DNA of 64,000 nucleotides, taken from Mobula hypostoma. Lineage: Eukaryota. The DNA is taken from contig NC_086097.1 of assembly GCF_963921235.1 (NCBI RefSeq), positions 72,790,001 to 72,854,000 on the forward strand. The letters are read 5' to 3'. The notes beneath the pieces are model-generated. The model had not been told where the DNA came from, did no database searches, and saw only the letters and a program-made list of their open reading frames with translations. Below are positions 22,760 to 35,879 of this stretch, piece after piece; positions within the stretch are counted from its first letter, which is position 1, and the number at the start of each line of letters is the position of its first letter. A program made the translations under genes and the position numbers.

Positions 22760-23474
22760 GTGGTGTAAACTGAAGTCTCGAAGGTGCAGCACGGATTGTA
22801 CAGGTGGAATTGAGGCAACGGGGCTTGGGCATGAGAGCAGGGAATGAGCCAATGTCGGCCATTGCTGTAGCCGACTTGGAGGTGATTCAATGCGGCAGAA
22901 CCAAGGCGAGATGAGTGATGGTAATGCAGAGTCGAGGCGGCAGAACACGGACCCAAGAGCGAGGAACGACCTGAGGTTTGAACAATTTAAGTGCCGAGCT
23001 AGGTTGGAGAGATTGGGTTCAGGCCAAATAGAGGTGGCAGAGCCGAGGCCCCAGAGCGATCGAAGCAGCAGGGCCCAGATCCAAGAGTGAGGGATGACCC
23101 AAGGTTTGATTGATTTAAACGCCAGGCCAAATCGAAAAGGTCAGGGTGCCGGGGCCAGAGGAGAGCTACGAGGTGGTTCAGCTCGCTGTTCCTTGAGGCT
23201 TTCTCATCCCTGCACTGAACTGAGGCTGTGGCCTACAACCAGCGGACTCCTGAATGGGCTGCAGTGATAACTGGCTTCATGGCAATTCTGTGAACTTCAG
23301 TTCTGAATGTTATTTGCTTACTTCTATTTTTTTCTGCACGTTGGCTACTTGGCAGTCTTCTTTTAAGTAGTGGCTTCTATTGGATTTCTTTGTCTTGTGG
23401 CTGCCTGTAAGGAGACGAGACTCAAGGTGGTATACAGTATACATACTTCCGTAATAATGTACTTTGCACTTTGA
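22760..23474 (+). mobile_element. Non-coding retroposon-like element with a Rex/Babar-type tail and an internal ~128-bp duplication
   Basis: GC-rich 5' part with related units at 22951 and 23079; tail ...CTCAAGGTGGTATACAGTATACATACTT...TGTACTTTGCACTTTGA. Confidence 0.6.
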
Positions 23475-23589
23475 TCATCTCTCAGCTTGTTGATGCACCT
23501 TATAAATCCTGTTCACTGACCTAGTCCTGCACACTGTGGATGAATTTTGGGATTGATTACCATGCAATTTTGTTACATGGTAATCAGTC

Positions 23590-23960
23590 ATGAAGATGCA
23601 CGTCAGTTAGGAGTTTGAGGTGAATGAGATGATAAGGAGGGACAGCCAACTCCTTTTTCCCAGGGTGTCTATGGTTAATACAAGAGGGGACAATGTTAAG
23701 GTGAGCGGAGGAAAATATGGCAGGGATGTCAGAGGTAGGTTTATACACAGGGAGTGGTGGGTTTGTGGAACGCACTGCCAGTGGTGGTGCTAGAGGCAAA
23801 TATATTAGGGGCATTTAAGAGACTCTTGGATAGCCACAAGGATGAAAAAAAATGGAAGGCTATGTGGCAGGGAAGGGTTAAATTGATCCTGGAGCAGGTT
23901 AAAAGGTCAATAGATCATGGGCTGAAGAGTCTGTACTGTGCTGTACTATTCTATGTTCAT
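23590..23960 (+). mobile_element. CR1 3' end
   Basis: VVGLWNALP..LGAFKRLLD and tail CTGTACTGTGCTGTACTATTCTATG. Confidence 0.85.
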
Positions 23961-26787
23961 GAACTTGATTTATGCATAGCATTCAACACTGTTTTGTAGA
24001 AGGTCTTGTTTCATTTGTGAGAATGGCTATAAAACTGTTCAAAGTAAAAGCAATACTTTGAAAATATGAATTGTAACAATTTAGTTTTAGCTTTCATTCT
24101 GTATTCCCAATCTTTGCAAAATGAAAGTCATTTAGTATAGAGCATTAGTTTTATTTTACTATTGCTGTCTAGAGATCCCATTTATATTTGGTTGCTGTGA
24201 GATGTTTGACACCTAAAATATTACCTGTCATCTACCACATTTCCCAAAGCAACAGTTATATTGGACAGAATAGGATATTAATGTGAATGTTTTATTGACT
24301 ATTATCTTTAGATATAAATGCATCTTCACTTACATCTGACCCGTGAAATTTTGCTACTGGACCCATACAAGATATAATCAACGAGTGTCCTAACTAAATA
24401 AAAATAAGAGGTACAAGTTTCTCTGCATCACCTTTTACTTATTAATTAGTTACGGTTTAATGATATTGTGAAGGTTTAGAAACAAGAATATTTTTCATGT
24501 GCATTTATTGCACTGCCCCCTTCTAAATCATGAGTCATGTGTAGCAAGAGTCACATGGCTTGCATCTAGCTGTCGTCAGATGTACAATATTGGGTCACTG
24601 ATATCTCCTTCTCTGTTGGAAATTCATGGGACCAGAAATTATTTATGAAAGACATGTGTTAAAGCAGCCACAGGTAATATGCATGATAGAATCTGCTTTC
24701 CATTGGCGACCACACATACAGAGGAAAGATATGTGGCATCCCACACTCTTTCAATACATTAGGGTAGCAATTGGAATATTTTGGGGAAACATAGAAACAA
24801 TTATATTTGTGGAAAGGGTAAGACTAGAGGAACTGAGAGAGGATAATAGTGGAAAATATTAGGGAGGGGCACAGAGAACTAAGTTGGTGGTGGGCAGATG
24901 AAGAGGTTGGTTATGTAGATAGGAGATGGTTGAAGATAATGGATAATGAAGTGAATGGAGGAAATGATAGGCAGGGGGATAGGGAATAACCAGGCCCTTA
25001 GTGAAGTTGAATAGTAAAGGTCAGTGGTTGATTTAAGGGACTAAGGAGATTGGTAGGGAAGTATATGGTAATGAGTAACCTTCCATTTTGGAGGAGGAAG
25101 CATTCTGCTGAAAGATTTGAATCTTGGACTGTCTCAACCTGAATCTTCTAATGAATGTTGCAGCAGGTCTTGTTCACTTGTTCGAGACCTGCTTCAGTTT
25201 TTGTGTCTACACCATTCACCCACACTTTAAACCAATGTCTTCATGGGAGGGGGGTGATTGAGGGGGCAGGTGTGAATGTTCAGACTGCAGACCAAGAATT
25301 CTATAATAATATGTGATTGCTCAAAGCAGCATAGCAGTATGTAAATAATATGGACTTTAATGCTTCATGAAAATTAGGTAACTGGAGCTGAGAATTGCTA
25401 CTTGTTATGAAGTATATTATTAAGCAGCCTAGATATTACACATGGCTCAAATCAACTGAAAGGAAAATGATTTCTCTTAATTTGTAGTTCTCTTATTAGA
25501 CAACTTAACATTGTTAGGTTAAGTATTAAGTTATTTGCAATAACTGTAATTCATTAAGTATTGTTTTAAAGAAAAGCAGCAAAAATATTGAATGTTTAAT
25601 GTGAATAGGTTTCATTTTTATGAGCCCACTCCTTCTATGAATTAATATGCTTTCAGTTATGGCAAGAATGAAAACGTCGCTGCAGAATTCAGTGGATAAT
25701 GTTCATGGCTTGTAAACAATCTGAACATAGCAGACAATTTCTTAGTGGTATTTACTAATGTCCTAATAACAATGATTATGCAGTTGTTTTCCAGGGCAAT
25801 GTGACATTTGAGTTTATTAGTAATTTGAGCATTAATTATATAAGTTGAGTTATCCCCACCACCTGTTATGGATCATCTTCCACAACAGAATTTAGCATAC
25901 AATGAAAACGTACAGTACATAAACAGCAGACAATTATTTGTTTCAAATCACTGTCTTGTCCATTTTGAATCCTGCATTTGATTCAGAAAAAAAGTCATTA
26001 TCTGGAAAGCTGTAATGGAAGCTTGTATAGAACGGCTGCAATTTCAAGCTGTTAGGTGTTTTGCAGTGACCTAACAACAGCTAGCTGGTGAATGAAAATT
26101 AAAAGCTGTGGATGGGTGTAAATCTGAAATTAAAATGGCAAATGCTGTAGATACTCAGCGTGTCCAGCAGTATTAGTGGAATCAAGGAGTGAGTTAACTG
26201 TACTCACAAAGGATCTTTGTTAATATCACATCCCCTGAGATGCTTCCTGACCTGCAATGTGCTTTGAGCATTTGTTGTTTTTCTTTCATTTTACCACTAA
26301 TGTGTTTTTCTCTCAAATGGTCTGCGTCCTGAGTAATGGCACATATGTTTCAGCAGTCTTTTGGGGAAGTTTCAATGGTTTTCTTTTCAATAGTTGGGTT
26401 GCTAATGCACCTGTTCAGAAATTTTGGGGGAAAATTGATTCTGCATTATGAAACATTCAAGTTTACTACTTGCATTTATCACACACAAACAAAAACAACA
26501 TTTGTCAAACTCTCAGCTACTTCACTGTGTGAAGCAAATTCCCTTTCAGTACATATAACAAAGACCATGTGTTGTTTGCTATTGAGGGAGAAAGCTTGGT
26601 TTTTAAACAAGAATGTATAAATTATCAATTCCCCTGCTTTCGACAGGATATTATAAGCTAGTTTTCAAAAGGGAAACATGTCACAAGGCAGAAGTTGAGC
26701 TTATTCTAATGCCCAAAGTAGCAGTACTATAATTTACTTTTGCAAATTTATTGGGTAAGATTATGATTTGTCCCTTGCATACAATAG

Positions 26788-26836
26788 GCACATGGACGTT
26801 CATGAAAAGATTGCCATTCTTATTGATACTCTACAG
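26788..26836 (+). CDS. Candidate 49-nt exon
   Basis: Acceptor TTTGTCCCTTGCATACAATAG and donor CAG|GTAACT; open frame HMDVHEKIAILIDTLQ, phase-compatible with one frame of the exon at 21365. Confidence 0.33.
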
Positions 26837-27834
26837 GTAACTATACCCGTGATTTCCAGGCAACAGTAAGTTGCTTAATTGTGCAGAGTACTTGATCATT
26901 GGAGTCTTAAAAACTGCAGTGAACTCTGGCAGAATTTATAATGTATCATAAATAGTTTTCATACTAGAGGCTTCGCTGTAAACAAATTTTGAGTCACCTA
27001 ATGCAGGAAGAAATGTGAAGGAGAGATGTAGAGAAATTCAGACACAACATGTATGGGAATAAACAGCCAGTCTTACTTCTGATAGTTTGTAGGGAGGAAA
27101 GGCAATCTATTGACTATTTACTCTTCAGCTTGGTTTATGTTTCATTTTGGCCATCATGGATATAAAGTAAAACTTAAGTCTGAATGAAGGTCATTTGCCT
27201 TGCTGAGTTCATTTCCCACACCAGATAAGAGGCTAGTCTTGCAGTGTCCAAAATTCAATGTTTGTTTTCACTCCCTTCTTGTTTTTTATGCAATCATTTC
27301 AGTAAAACTTTCATTCCAAACATTCAGCATGTTTGAATGAAAGTATTTTAACATTAGTATTTTAAATTCATATGTTTGAATATTTATTCTTCCCTACTGA
27401 TTAATATTCAATGTTCATAGTTTTCTATAACTATTAAACAAATTATAAACCTCAATAATACCCCATCCTTTAAAATCGTACATTACTCTAGATTATCGTG
27501 TTTAAGACTTTCAAATTCCTGTATACCAGGGTTTATCTTTCATATGCTGCTCTGTATCATCTTCAAAGCAAATTTATCCTTTTTGAAGTTTGTCACTGCC
27601 TCTACGCCACATCAAATGTGATTTGTCTGTGCATTACCAGATCGCCTATAATCTCATCTTAACTTGTTCTGCTTGTTTCCAACATTCCATTTTAATTTAT
27701 AATCCCTATCCAACCTTCTATAATAGCAAGAGAATTTCATCATATTAGAAAATCTGCTGCAGGATGTTAATACCTGATTAATTCATGTCATTTGATCAGT
27801 GCTGTAAACCACAAACACAATTAAAACGAATAAA

Positions 27835-27931
27835 TTCTGATGAAAGGTCTCAGCCTGCGTAGACAATTGTTCATTTCTCTCCATAGATGCTGCCTGATTT
27901 GCTGATTTCCTCCAGCAATTTGTGTGTGTTG
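27835..27931 (+). mobile_element. Penelope pLTR fragment with a degenerate hammerhead
   Basis: CTGATGAAAGGTCTCAGCCT (GAAA lost)...CATAGATGCTGCCTGA...CCTCCAGCA. Confidence 0.75.
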
Positions 27932-27944
27932 CCAATAAGTATAG

Positions 27945-28215
27945 GTGACACGGTACCACAGCAGTTAGTGTGACGTCATTACAGCTCAGGGTATCAGAGT
28001 TCGAAGTTTAATTCCCATGCTGCCTCTAAGAAGTTTGTACATCCTTCCCGTAAGCACGTAGGTTTCCTCTCACCATCCAAAGAATTAGCGATTCGTAAGG
28101 TAATTGGTCAAAGTAAATTGTAAATTGTCCAAAGTAAATTTTACACTTAAGTAGCTAGGTTGCCAGGTGGTGCAGCTTGTTGGATTGGAAGGGCCTATCC
28201 ATGCTGTATCTCTAA
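27945..28215 (+). mobile_element. V-SINE
   Basis: tRNA-like head, AGTTTGTACATCCTTCCCGT..GGTTTCCTC core, tail GAAGGGCCTAT..GCTGTATCTCTAA. Confidence 0.7.
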
Positions 28216-28764
28216 ATGAAGTACTGTACTATGTATCTTCTTTGTGCATATCCTAAGGGCTAAACAGTTAAATGATTTAAAAACAGAAAATTCCAGAAAC
28301 TCTCTTCAGATCAGGCAACATTCATGGAGAAAAAACAGAATTAAAATTTAGCTTGAAGAATTTCATCAGACCTTGTATAAATGCATAAAGAGAAGCCACA
28401 GAAACAATCTCTTCGATCCCCACCCCCGAGACCACACCATTGAGCATTTGCTAATTTAAGTAAATTCCTCTCTAACCTATTTTATTCTCGCTGCATTGCT
28501 ATATTGGCCTCATCTAATAACACCTCCTCCCAAGCCTGAGGCCTTCCTATCTCTGAGCACTTCACCCAAAACCCCCATAGATATGGACTGTGCAGCAGGT
28601 CAATTCTAACTCATTTTGTACTTCAAAGTGTGGAAGTCATGGTCATGTTGAACATGGTGTGAGAATGGGTCGTATCAGAAGAAGAGAACACATTCTGACA
28701 TCAAGTTCAATGTGGTATGACGACTTGTCAGAATTAACAAACAAAAATGAAAGAAATCAAAATC

Positions 28765-29660
28765 AGATTATTATTTAAATGGTGAAAGATTACCAAATTC
28801 TGTCGTGCAAATTTTCATTGGAACTTGGGACTTGGGAGTGTTTGTGCATGAATCACAAAAGGTTGGTTTGTTGGTGCAAAAGGTTATTGAAAAACCAAAT
28901 GGAATGTTGGCCTTCATTGCTAGAGGGATTGGATTTATGAGTGGGGGAGGATTATGCTGCCACTGTACAGGGTACTGGTGAGGTTGCACCTGTATTACTG
29001 TGTGCAGTTCTGGTCTCCTTAATTGACAAAAGATGTCCAGGCTTTCGAGACACTGCCGTGGTGATTTATTGCATTCATGCCAGAGAAGAGGGGATTACAC
29101 TATGAGGAGAGATTGAATCGCTTGGGATTATATTCATTCAAATTCAGAAGAATGAGAATGATCCTATAGAAAAATATAAAAAAGAATAGATAAGATTGTG
29201 GTGGGAAAGCTGTTTGCACTGGTAAGTGAGACAAGAACTAGCCTGAAGGGTAATAAAATTTAGATGGAGATGAGGAGGTACTGCATTTCCCAGAGAGCAG
29301 TGAATCTGTGGAATTCTCTGCACAGGGAAGTAGTAGAGACTACCTCATAAAATACATCTGAGACAAAATTAGATACAATTTTGCATAGTAAGTGAATTAA
29401 AGGGTATGGGGAAAGGCAAATGGGTAGAGGTCAGTCCACAGCCAGACCAGCCTTACAGAGACACAAGGGATTCTGCAGATGCTAGAAACCTTGAGCAACA
29501 CACAGAAAAGGCTGGAAGAATTCAGCAAATCAGGCAGCATCTAGAGAGGGAAAAGAACAGTAGATGTTTTGGACCGAGTCTCTTAATCAGGACTCCATGA
29601 TGTACAGTGAAGCAAGCTCTGTGGGTCAGGTGGGCTAGTCTTTTTCCTATTTCTTACATT
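28765..29660 (+). mobile_element. CR1 3' portion with a minus-strand Penelope pLTR fragment inserted at about 29456-29594
   Basis: YYLNGERL..RDLGV..NGMLAFI..LVRLHL..CVQFWSP-like sequence; pLTR CTGCAGATGCTAGAAA..CAGCATCTA. Confidence 0.85.
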
Positions 29661-31129
29661 CTTCTGCTGTTACAGAGTGGAAGATGCCTGAAATATGCTG
29701 ACGGGGAAGGCAGTGGAAGCAGATAGAATAGCAACATTTAAAAAGCACTTTAGCAGACTGCAAATTAAGGGATACAGACTACACGAAGGCAAGAGGCATC
29801 ATAGTTGGCACAGACTGTGGGCCAAATGTCCAGTTCCTTTGCTGCATTTTTGCTATGTTCTGCTTATGTCCTTGCATGTGAAGTAACTGATCATCATGAT
29901 GATTTTAAACTAGCAGACAACCTACAGATTAAGAAATGGAATTTGCACAGATTTTCCATTGATAACTTCTGGAAATTGGGATATTTATCGATCACTTGGA
30001 TGAAAATAACTAAAGAACAAAATAGGCACTAAGTGGGTTTAGACACAACTGTGCATATTTTAAGAAGAGATATTATCAAATTCTAACATTGGTTAGCATT
30101 ATATATTTTCCAGTGGATAAAAATACATAAATGATGGTATTTCTGATACTCCATGAACAGTCAATCCAAAACTACATGATGACATATCTAATAGTCTGAT
30201 AGATTTTTCATTTTTACTTGTGCAGGTTTACAGATCCAAAATAATGAATGCATGAATTCAACAGAATAGAGAAGAAAATCATGTCATGAGGAAAACAGAT
30301 GAGGAGAGGTGGCTGGGGGTGGGGAAGAATAATAAGGTGAAAAAATGGGATCGAGAACTCATTTTGTGTCTTTTACAGCAGTGTTGCTAGGTTGTTGTTG
30401 ATGCACCATCGAGGGAAGTAGGCTGTTGGATTGGCAGGAGCCAAACAGTGGCTCTTTCACTGTTCTGATGTGAACATTTTGTTGTGAACCTATCATGGTC
30501 CTTCAAAGAATATTGTTGGAACCAGTGTAATGCAAAATTTTGTTGTCTGCACAGCAGAATATTTTCTTTGGTTATGTTTATATTTCATTCTACAGCTTGC
30601 TATGAACTACCTAGGATGCAGAAAGTGTGGTGGACAGTAAGTTCAGTGAGTTATTTACAGGTACAGAAACAGAGGCAGTGGATGGCCACCAGGAAGGACA
30701 GGTAAGCAGCTCAGGAGCTGCCTGTGGTCACTCCCCTCTCAAACAGGTCTATTGCATCAGATATCAGTGGAGAAAATTATCTCTCTAAGCTTGTGGCATC
30801 ACAGTTGACTCCGATGCATTGCAGGGGAGGGAAAGGTCTAGGTAAGCAGTAGTGGTAGGTGATTCATCATGAGGGAAATGGATAGTGTTTCTGCTAGCTG
30901 CAATAGGAATCCAAAACAATTTGTTGCCTCCATGATGCCAGGGTCATGGATATCTTGGCCCACCTTCAGAACATTCTGAAGGAGGAGGGAGAAGAGCCTG
31001 AGGCCATTGTGCATGTTTGTAGTAATGATTACAGGTAGAAAGGGAGATCAAAGTCAAGTAGGGTGAATTCATGGAGTGAGGTAGAAAGTTAAAAAGCTGT
31101 ACGTCTCATTTCAGTTTTTTTTAGTGTTG

Positions 31130-31370
31130 ATTTATTTAGAGTTACAGCATGGTAACAGGCCCTTCTGGCCAATGATCCCTTGCCACTCAATTACACCTAT
31201 GTGACCAACTAACCTACCAACCCGTACGTCTTTGGAATGAGGGAGAAAACCTGAGCTTCCAGAGGAAACCTATGCAGTCATGGAGAGAACGTACAAACTC
31301 CTCACAGTCAGCAGTAGATTTAAATCCTAGTCACTGCTGTGTAATACTGTTATGCTAACCAATACACTGT
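31130..31370 (-). mobile_element. V-SINE inserted in CR1
   Basis: Same family as 18195-18400 (CGTCTTTGGAATG..AGAGGAAACC..GAGAACGTACAAACTCC). Confidence 0.8.
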
Positions 31371-31889
31371 GTACCCTTGGGCTATCTCCCTGTGACATGT
31401 GCTAGTGAGGGTTAAGCAAGGAGAACGGAGCAGGTGAGTACCAGGCTAAAGAACAGATGCAGGAGGGAGGGCTTCAGATGCTTGGATCTCTGAGGTTGCT
31501 TCTGGGGCAACTGAGATATGTACAAGAAGACTGGGTTAAATCTAAACTAGCAGGAGACCACTGTCCTGGCAAGGAAGTTTGGTCACCTTTGCATAATTTG
31601 ACAAGGGGGTGAGAAATTCAAGCATTGTGTGTCAGGTGTGGAGATTGACCTGAATGGATAGGATAAACTAAGCAGATCCTAAGGACAGAGCAGGCTGAGG
31701 AAGATTAAGGATCATAGGGAGGGGGTGCAGCTGATTGGCTTGGGTGCATTTACTTTAATGCAAGGAGCCTCACAGGTAAGTCAGCTGATCTTAGAGCACG
31801 ATTCAGTACATGGTATTACTATGCTATTGCAGACACAGATACAAGGATAATTGAAGGACAAGTTTGGTGGCTGAATGTTCTAGGTTATA

Positions 31890-32366
31890 CAGTATTGTAC
31901 AAAAGTCTTAGGCACATATACATTGCCAGTGTGCCTAAGGCCTTTGCACAGTACTGTAGTAATTTTATGTATTGCACTGTACTGCTACTGCAAAAAAAAG
32001 ACATGGCATATGTGCGTGATGATAAATCTGATTCTGATTTAGGTCTCTGTTGTGGACTGAGAGCAGGAAGAGTGCAGGGAGAGGTGAGGGAGCTGGAAGC
32101 ACCAGAGAGGCATTCTGTAATGATCAATAAACCAATTGCTTGGAATCAAATGACCTGCCTGGTTTCTGCACCCACACCACAACCCTCCTCTGTCACTCCT
32201 TCTCTGCCACCTGTGGCGTGCCACCCTCGCCATTCCCAACATCCTCGCCAGATTTACAAACTCGCTGTGTGCTCCACATTGACAAACACAGTACTGGACA
32301 AAAGCCTTAGGCACCCTAGCTATATGTATGTACCTAAGACTTTTGCACAGTAATTTTTGCACAGTA
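31890..32366. mobile_element. Composite Tc1/mariner-type MITE: two ~65-bp hairpin units flanking ~330 bp of cargo
   Basis: TIR CAGTAYTGTRCAAAAGTCTTAGGCAC is present four times (31890-31915, 31931-31956, 32289-32314, 32330-32352); TA at 31888-31889. Confidence 0.85.
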
Positions 32367-34679
32367 AATGTAACCTTACCCTAGAAGGTTCAGGCACATC
32401 AATGGGGGTGAAAATTGAGTAGGGGAAATCACACTGTCAATCTAGGAGAGCATCTCAGCTGTGTGTAGAGAATTTATCAGGAGGGATTGTCCAACAAGGT
32501 CATTCCGGTAGGACTTGGGAATAAGTGAGGAGAATTCACTTTGCTGTGGTTATACTCTGGCTTCACAATAATAAGCAGGAGTGAAAGTACAGATGTCACA
32601 GAGAGGTATAAAAATAATAAGTTAATAATAGTGAAGGATTTTAACTTTCCTGAAATTGACTGTGATTGTATTAGTGCAAGGCACTTAAAAGGGACAGAAT
32701 TGGTTCAGCGCATCCAGGATAGGTTAGCTTTTTAAGGGCACCATGTAGGGGTTTCTCTACCAATGAGGGGTCTGTACTTGACTTCGTCCTCAGAAATGAA
32801 ACAGTGGAGGCGCTGCAAGTGTTAGTTGGGAAGCACTATGGGAACAGTGACCACGATTCTTAAATCTTAAAGCCAATTTTAGAAAGAGACATGGTTGGTT
32901 CTCAAATTAAGGTCCTAAATAGAGGAAATGAACATGCAAGAAGGGACCCTTGCACTAAAAGTGTACGTAATTTGTGAGCAGTTAATTGCTGGTCAAACAA
33001 CGTATGAAAAATAGGAGTCTTTTGGCAGGGCACAGGGACAGCATATTCCTATAAGGGTAATGTGAATAGGAGACCACAGTGAAGTCACAAGATATATTTG
33101 GTAGGTAAGAATAAGAAGGATCCCAAATCATTTTATAAGTATATTAGCAGTAAGGGGATAACTTGAGAAAGTGTGGGTATTGAAGGAGTCATCTCATTGT
33201 AGAGATGAGGCATGTGGGTGTGGTACTAAAAGCATTCAATAAGGAAGAGGATTTTGAGGATGGTAAGTTCAGGGAGGGTTACGTTAATTATCTCGTCTAT
33301 GTGGATATCAAGGAGGCGGAGGTGTTAAACATCTTGAAATGCATGGTAGATAAATCCCCAAGGATGGATGAGGTATTTCCCAGAATGTTGTGGGAAACAA
33401 GGGAGAAGATTGCAGGGTCTGTGACGAAAAATCTTGCGTCTTCAATATTAGGAGGCAAGATACAAGCAAACTGGAGGATAGCTAGTGTTATTCCTTTGTC
33501 GTAGAAGGACAAGCCAGCTAACTGCAGGCCAGTCAACTTTGTGTCAGTGATGGTGAAATTATTAGAGAAAGTTTTAAGGCATGAGGTTGTGTACATTTAG
33601 AAAAGCAGGGACTGATTAGGGAGCAATAACTCGGACTTATATACAGGCAATCCTCTGCATCACTACTCTGGTTGCACTTTTACTGAGCGGTAACCAAGGA
33701 GACAGCTGAAGGCACGGACGTAGATGGGCAAAAGGACCTGCTTGGATGTAACAGGCTGCAGGGGCTGTTCTATGACTCTGTGCAGACTACAGCCTGAATT
33801 TGGAGGGAGATTCATCACTATGGCTTTACATAATTTTCTGTGTCCCCAACAATTTTTACAAAGATTTATTTAGCTGATGTGCTTATTTAAAAACATGGCA
33901 TTATTTCTTTAAAGCAAATAAATGCCAGATCAGTGCTTCAATATTTGCATTTGGGTCACTTATGTGTGCTTAGAGCCCCTTTGTGCTGTGTCTCCCTTTA
34001 CATATTTTACTGACTTTGGTCTCCTGCAAAGTCTTGCAAGTGTCCAATATGAAGGGATTTATCATTGTAGGTGCCAAGTGCAAAACTTGTGAGTACTTGG
34101 TGTACTGCCTCAGTCACTAGTGAACTATATTCTGTGAAGAAATCCTGAAACATATCGCTTTGCAACAAATAGCTAATGGTCAGAAAATACAGAGTAAGCC
34201 GCAGATTTGCACTTCATGTGATAATTTATAAGCAGATCTCTGGGGTGATGAGCCATAACCTGACTGCAAGCTACTCAGTGAAAATCCAAGCCATCTGAGG
34301 GATATGAATGTTGAATTTCACTCTTAAAACTAATCATTGCTCTCCTGTGGTAGTTGCCTTTGCTGAGTGTTTGCTTTTCTATCTAGTTTAAGCTAGATTT
34401 CGGGATAAAATGACCACAACTTCTTTGTTCCTTGCCTTTCTTTTCTTCTTTCTTTGATTCTTGCTTACAGTAGAGTGAGTTGGTTCCTGTTATTTCCTTG
34501 ATATGAACATCTGATAAAATGGCAGTATCCACAAGATTTACACCTTCTTCTTGACTTTGAAAGAGCCTTCTGGACAATATCTTCTCCACATCCAAGTGTG
34601 TAAAAGACAGCTGTGATGACAGACCATTTCCAGCCACGATGAACTGAGAGGTGTGTAATATTATAGAGTCAATGGGAAA

Positions 34680-35750
34680 TGCAAACACAAAATGTGAACT
34701 GATATTCTGAAAGGCATGAGTGATGAAGAAAAGACCTGCTACATTGCGCTGAAAGTGGAAAGAAAAGGTTTAAACCTTATTAAACAATTAGGGAATTAGA
34801 GAGTTCCAAAATGAAAGTCTGATAAGACTTTTGAAAAATCTGGAGAACACTTCCAGGCAAAATGAAAGTGCTCAGTTCACAGAACTAAGGTCCATTCCAA
34901 GTCAGGAGATTTTTTCCTCAAAAGGCTTGAAAAGCGGCTAGTAGGAGCATTTTAAAGGAAATGATGAAATGTAAGTGGACCGACAGATTGATCAGCAGTG
35001 AGGAGTTCATTATAGCACATGCTATAGACCTCCCGATCAATCTAGGGAAAGGAAATAGTGAATAGATGAAGACAAAGAGAAAAAGGAAAACCAGCCATGC
35101 AGAACTTTTGAGTTCACAAAAGAAAATTCACTGCATATGGATAAAACCACAGGTTACGTGGCAATCTTTGGAGTGCCTGTACATACTGAAAGGAAAACAA
35201 GAAATACCAAATGAAGAGTAAAGGACCAGTGAAAAAGAAACAAGATCAGAACATCCCAGCTTTGGAAATCGATGGAATTTGAGGAAACTTAGAAACTGAA
35301 GTCACACACCTGTATCAATTGACTAGATATGGCAATTTCTAGAGAATAAAATCCCTTCTACCAGATCAAGAAAAGAATGAGAAGCAAGCTCACAGTCATC
35401 AACCATAAGTTTAACTGGATGTGGGAAGGCAAGAGGTCATCATGTCCTTCAGGTCACACCTTCTCTGGAAACCTGAACGAAAGTGGAATTTTGAAAGAAA
35501 ACATCTTGAAATATGCAGGGCCTATTCACAAATTGGAATGATCAACATCTGAGTAACTCCCAAAAAAAAGTAGTTAACATCAAGAATACAAAATGGAGGC
35601 CCTCCTATCCTTAGTTTGAGAAATTGTGATCTCAGCAAACAATGAGATGAAAATACAGTACTGAGAACAGAATGATGATGGAGAAAGAAGCAAACAAGAC
35701 CTAATCCACCTAGTGATTTGGATGAAACAAATATGGCCAACATGTGACAT
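34680..35750 (+). mobile_element. Highly decayed Gypsy gag-protease relic
   Basis: KCELIF..MSDEEKTCYIAL..KGLNL (gag N-terminus-like) and NGGPPILSLRNC (protease C-terminus-like). Confidence 0.55.
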
Positions 35751-35879
35751 TAATTAATCTGAAATGGCATTACTTTTGTAAATGGTAATCTGCTGGTTGG
35801 ATCTGCCAAATGAGGCAAGAAATTCTCCAGAAGGTGCATAAAATTCATGTTAGTATAATGAAATGTAAACCAATAGCTT

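Larger units (their letters stand above)
30640..33720 (+). mobile_element. Old CR1 (ORF1 esterase, endonuclease, RT N-terminus) with two insertions
   Basis: AVVVGDS, IVHVCSND, CIYFNARSL, KDFNFPEIDC, GNSDH, DKSPRMDEVFPRML. Confidence 0.85.

Noticed and set aside
27945..28020. tRNA gene
   Set aside because: It is a degenerate SINE head followed by the V-domain; no cloverleaf can be drawn.
30200..30260. Acceptor TTTTTACTTGTGCAG followed by VYRSKIMNA*
   Set aside because: It could be a terminal exon, but all frames stop quickly and nothing else supports it.
31890..32352. Palindromic repeats as a CRISPR array
   Set aside because: The context is eukaryotic, the repeats are inverted TIRs with TA flanks, and there are no regular spacers or cas genes.
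34071..34088. Possible 18-nt microexon (TAG|...|GTGAGT)
   Set aside because: Weak pyrimidine tract; such short matches are expected by chance.
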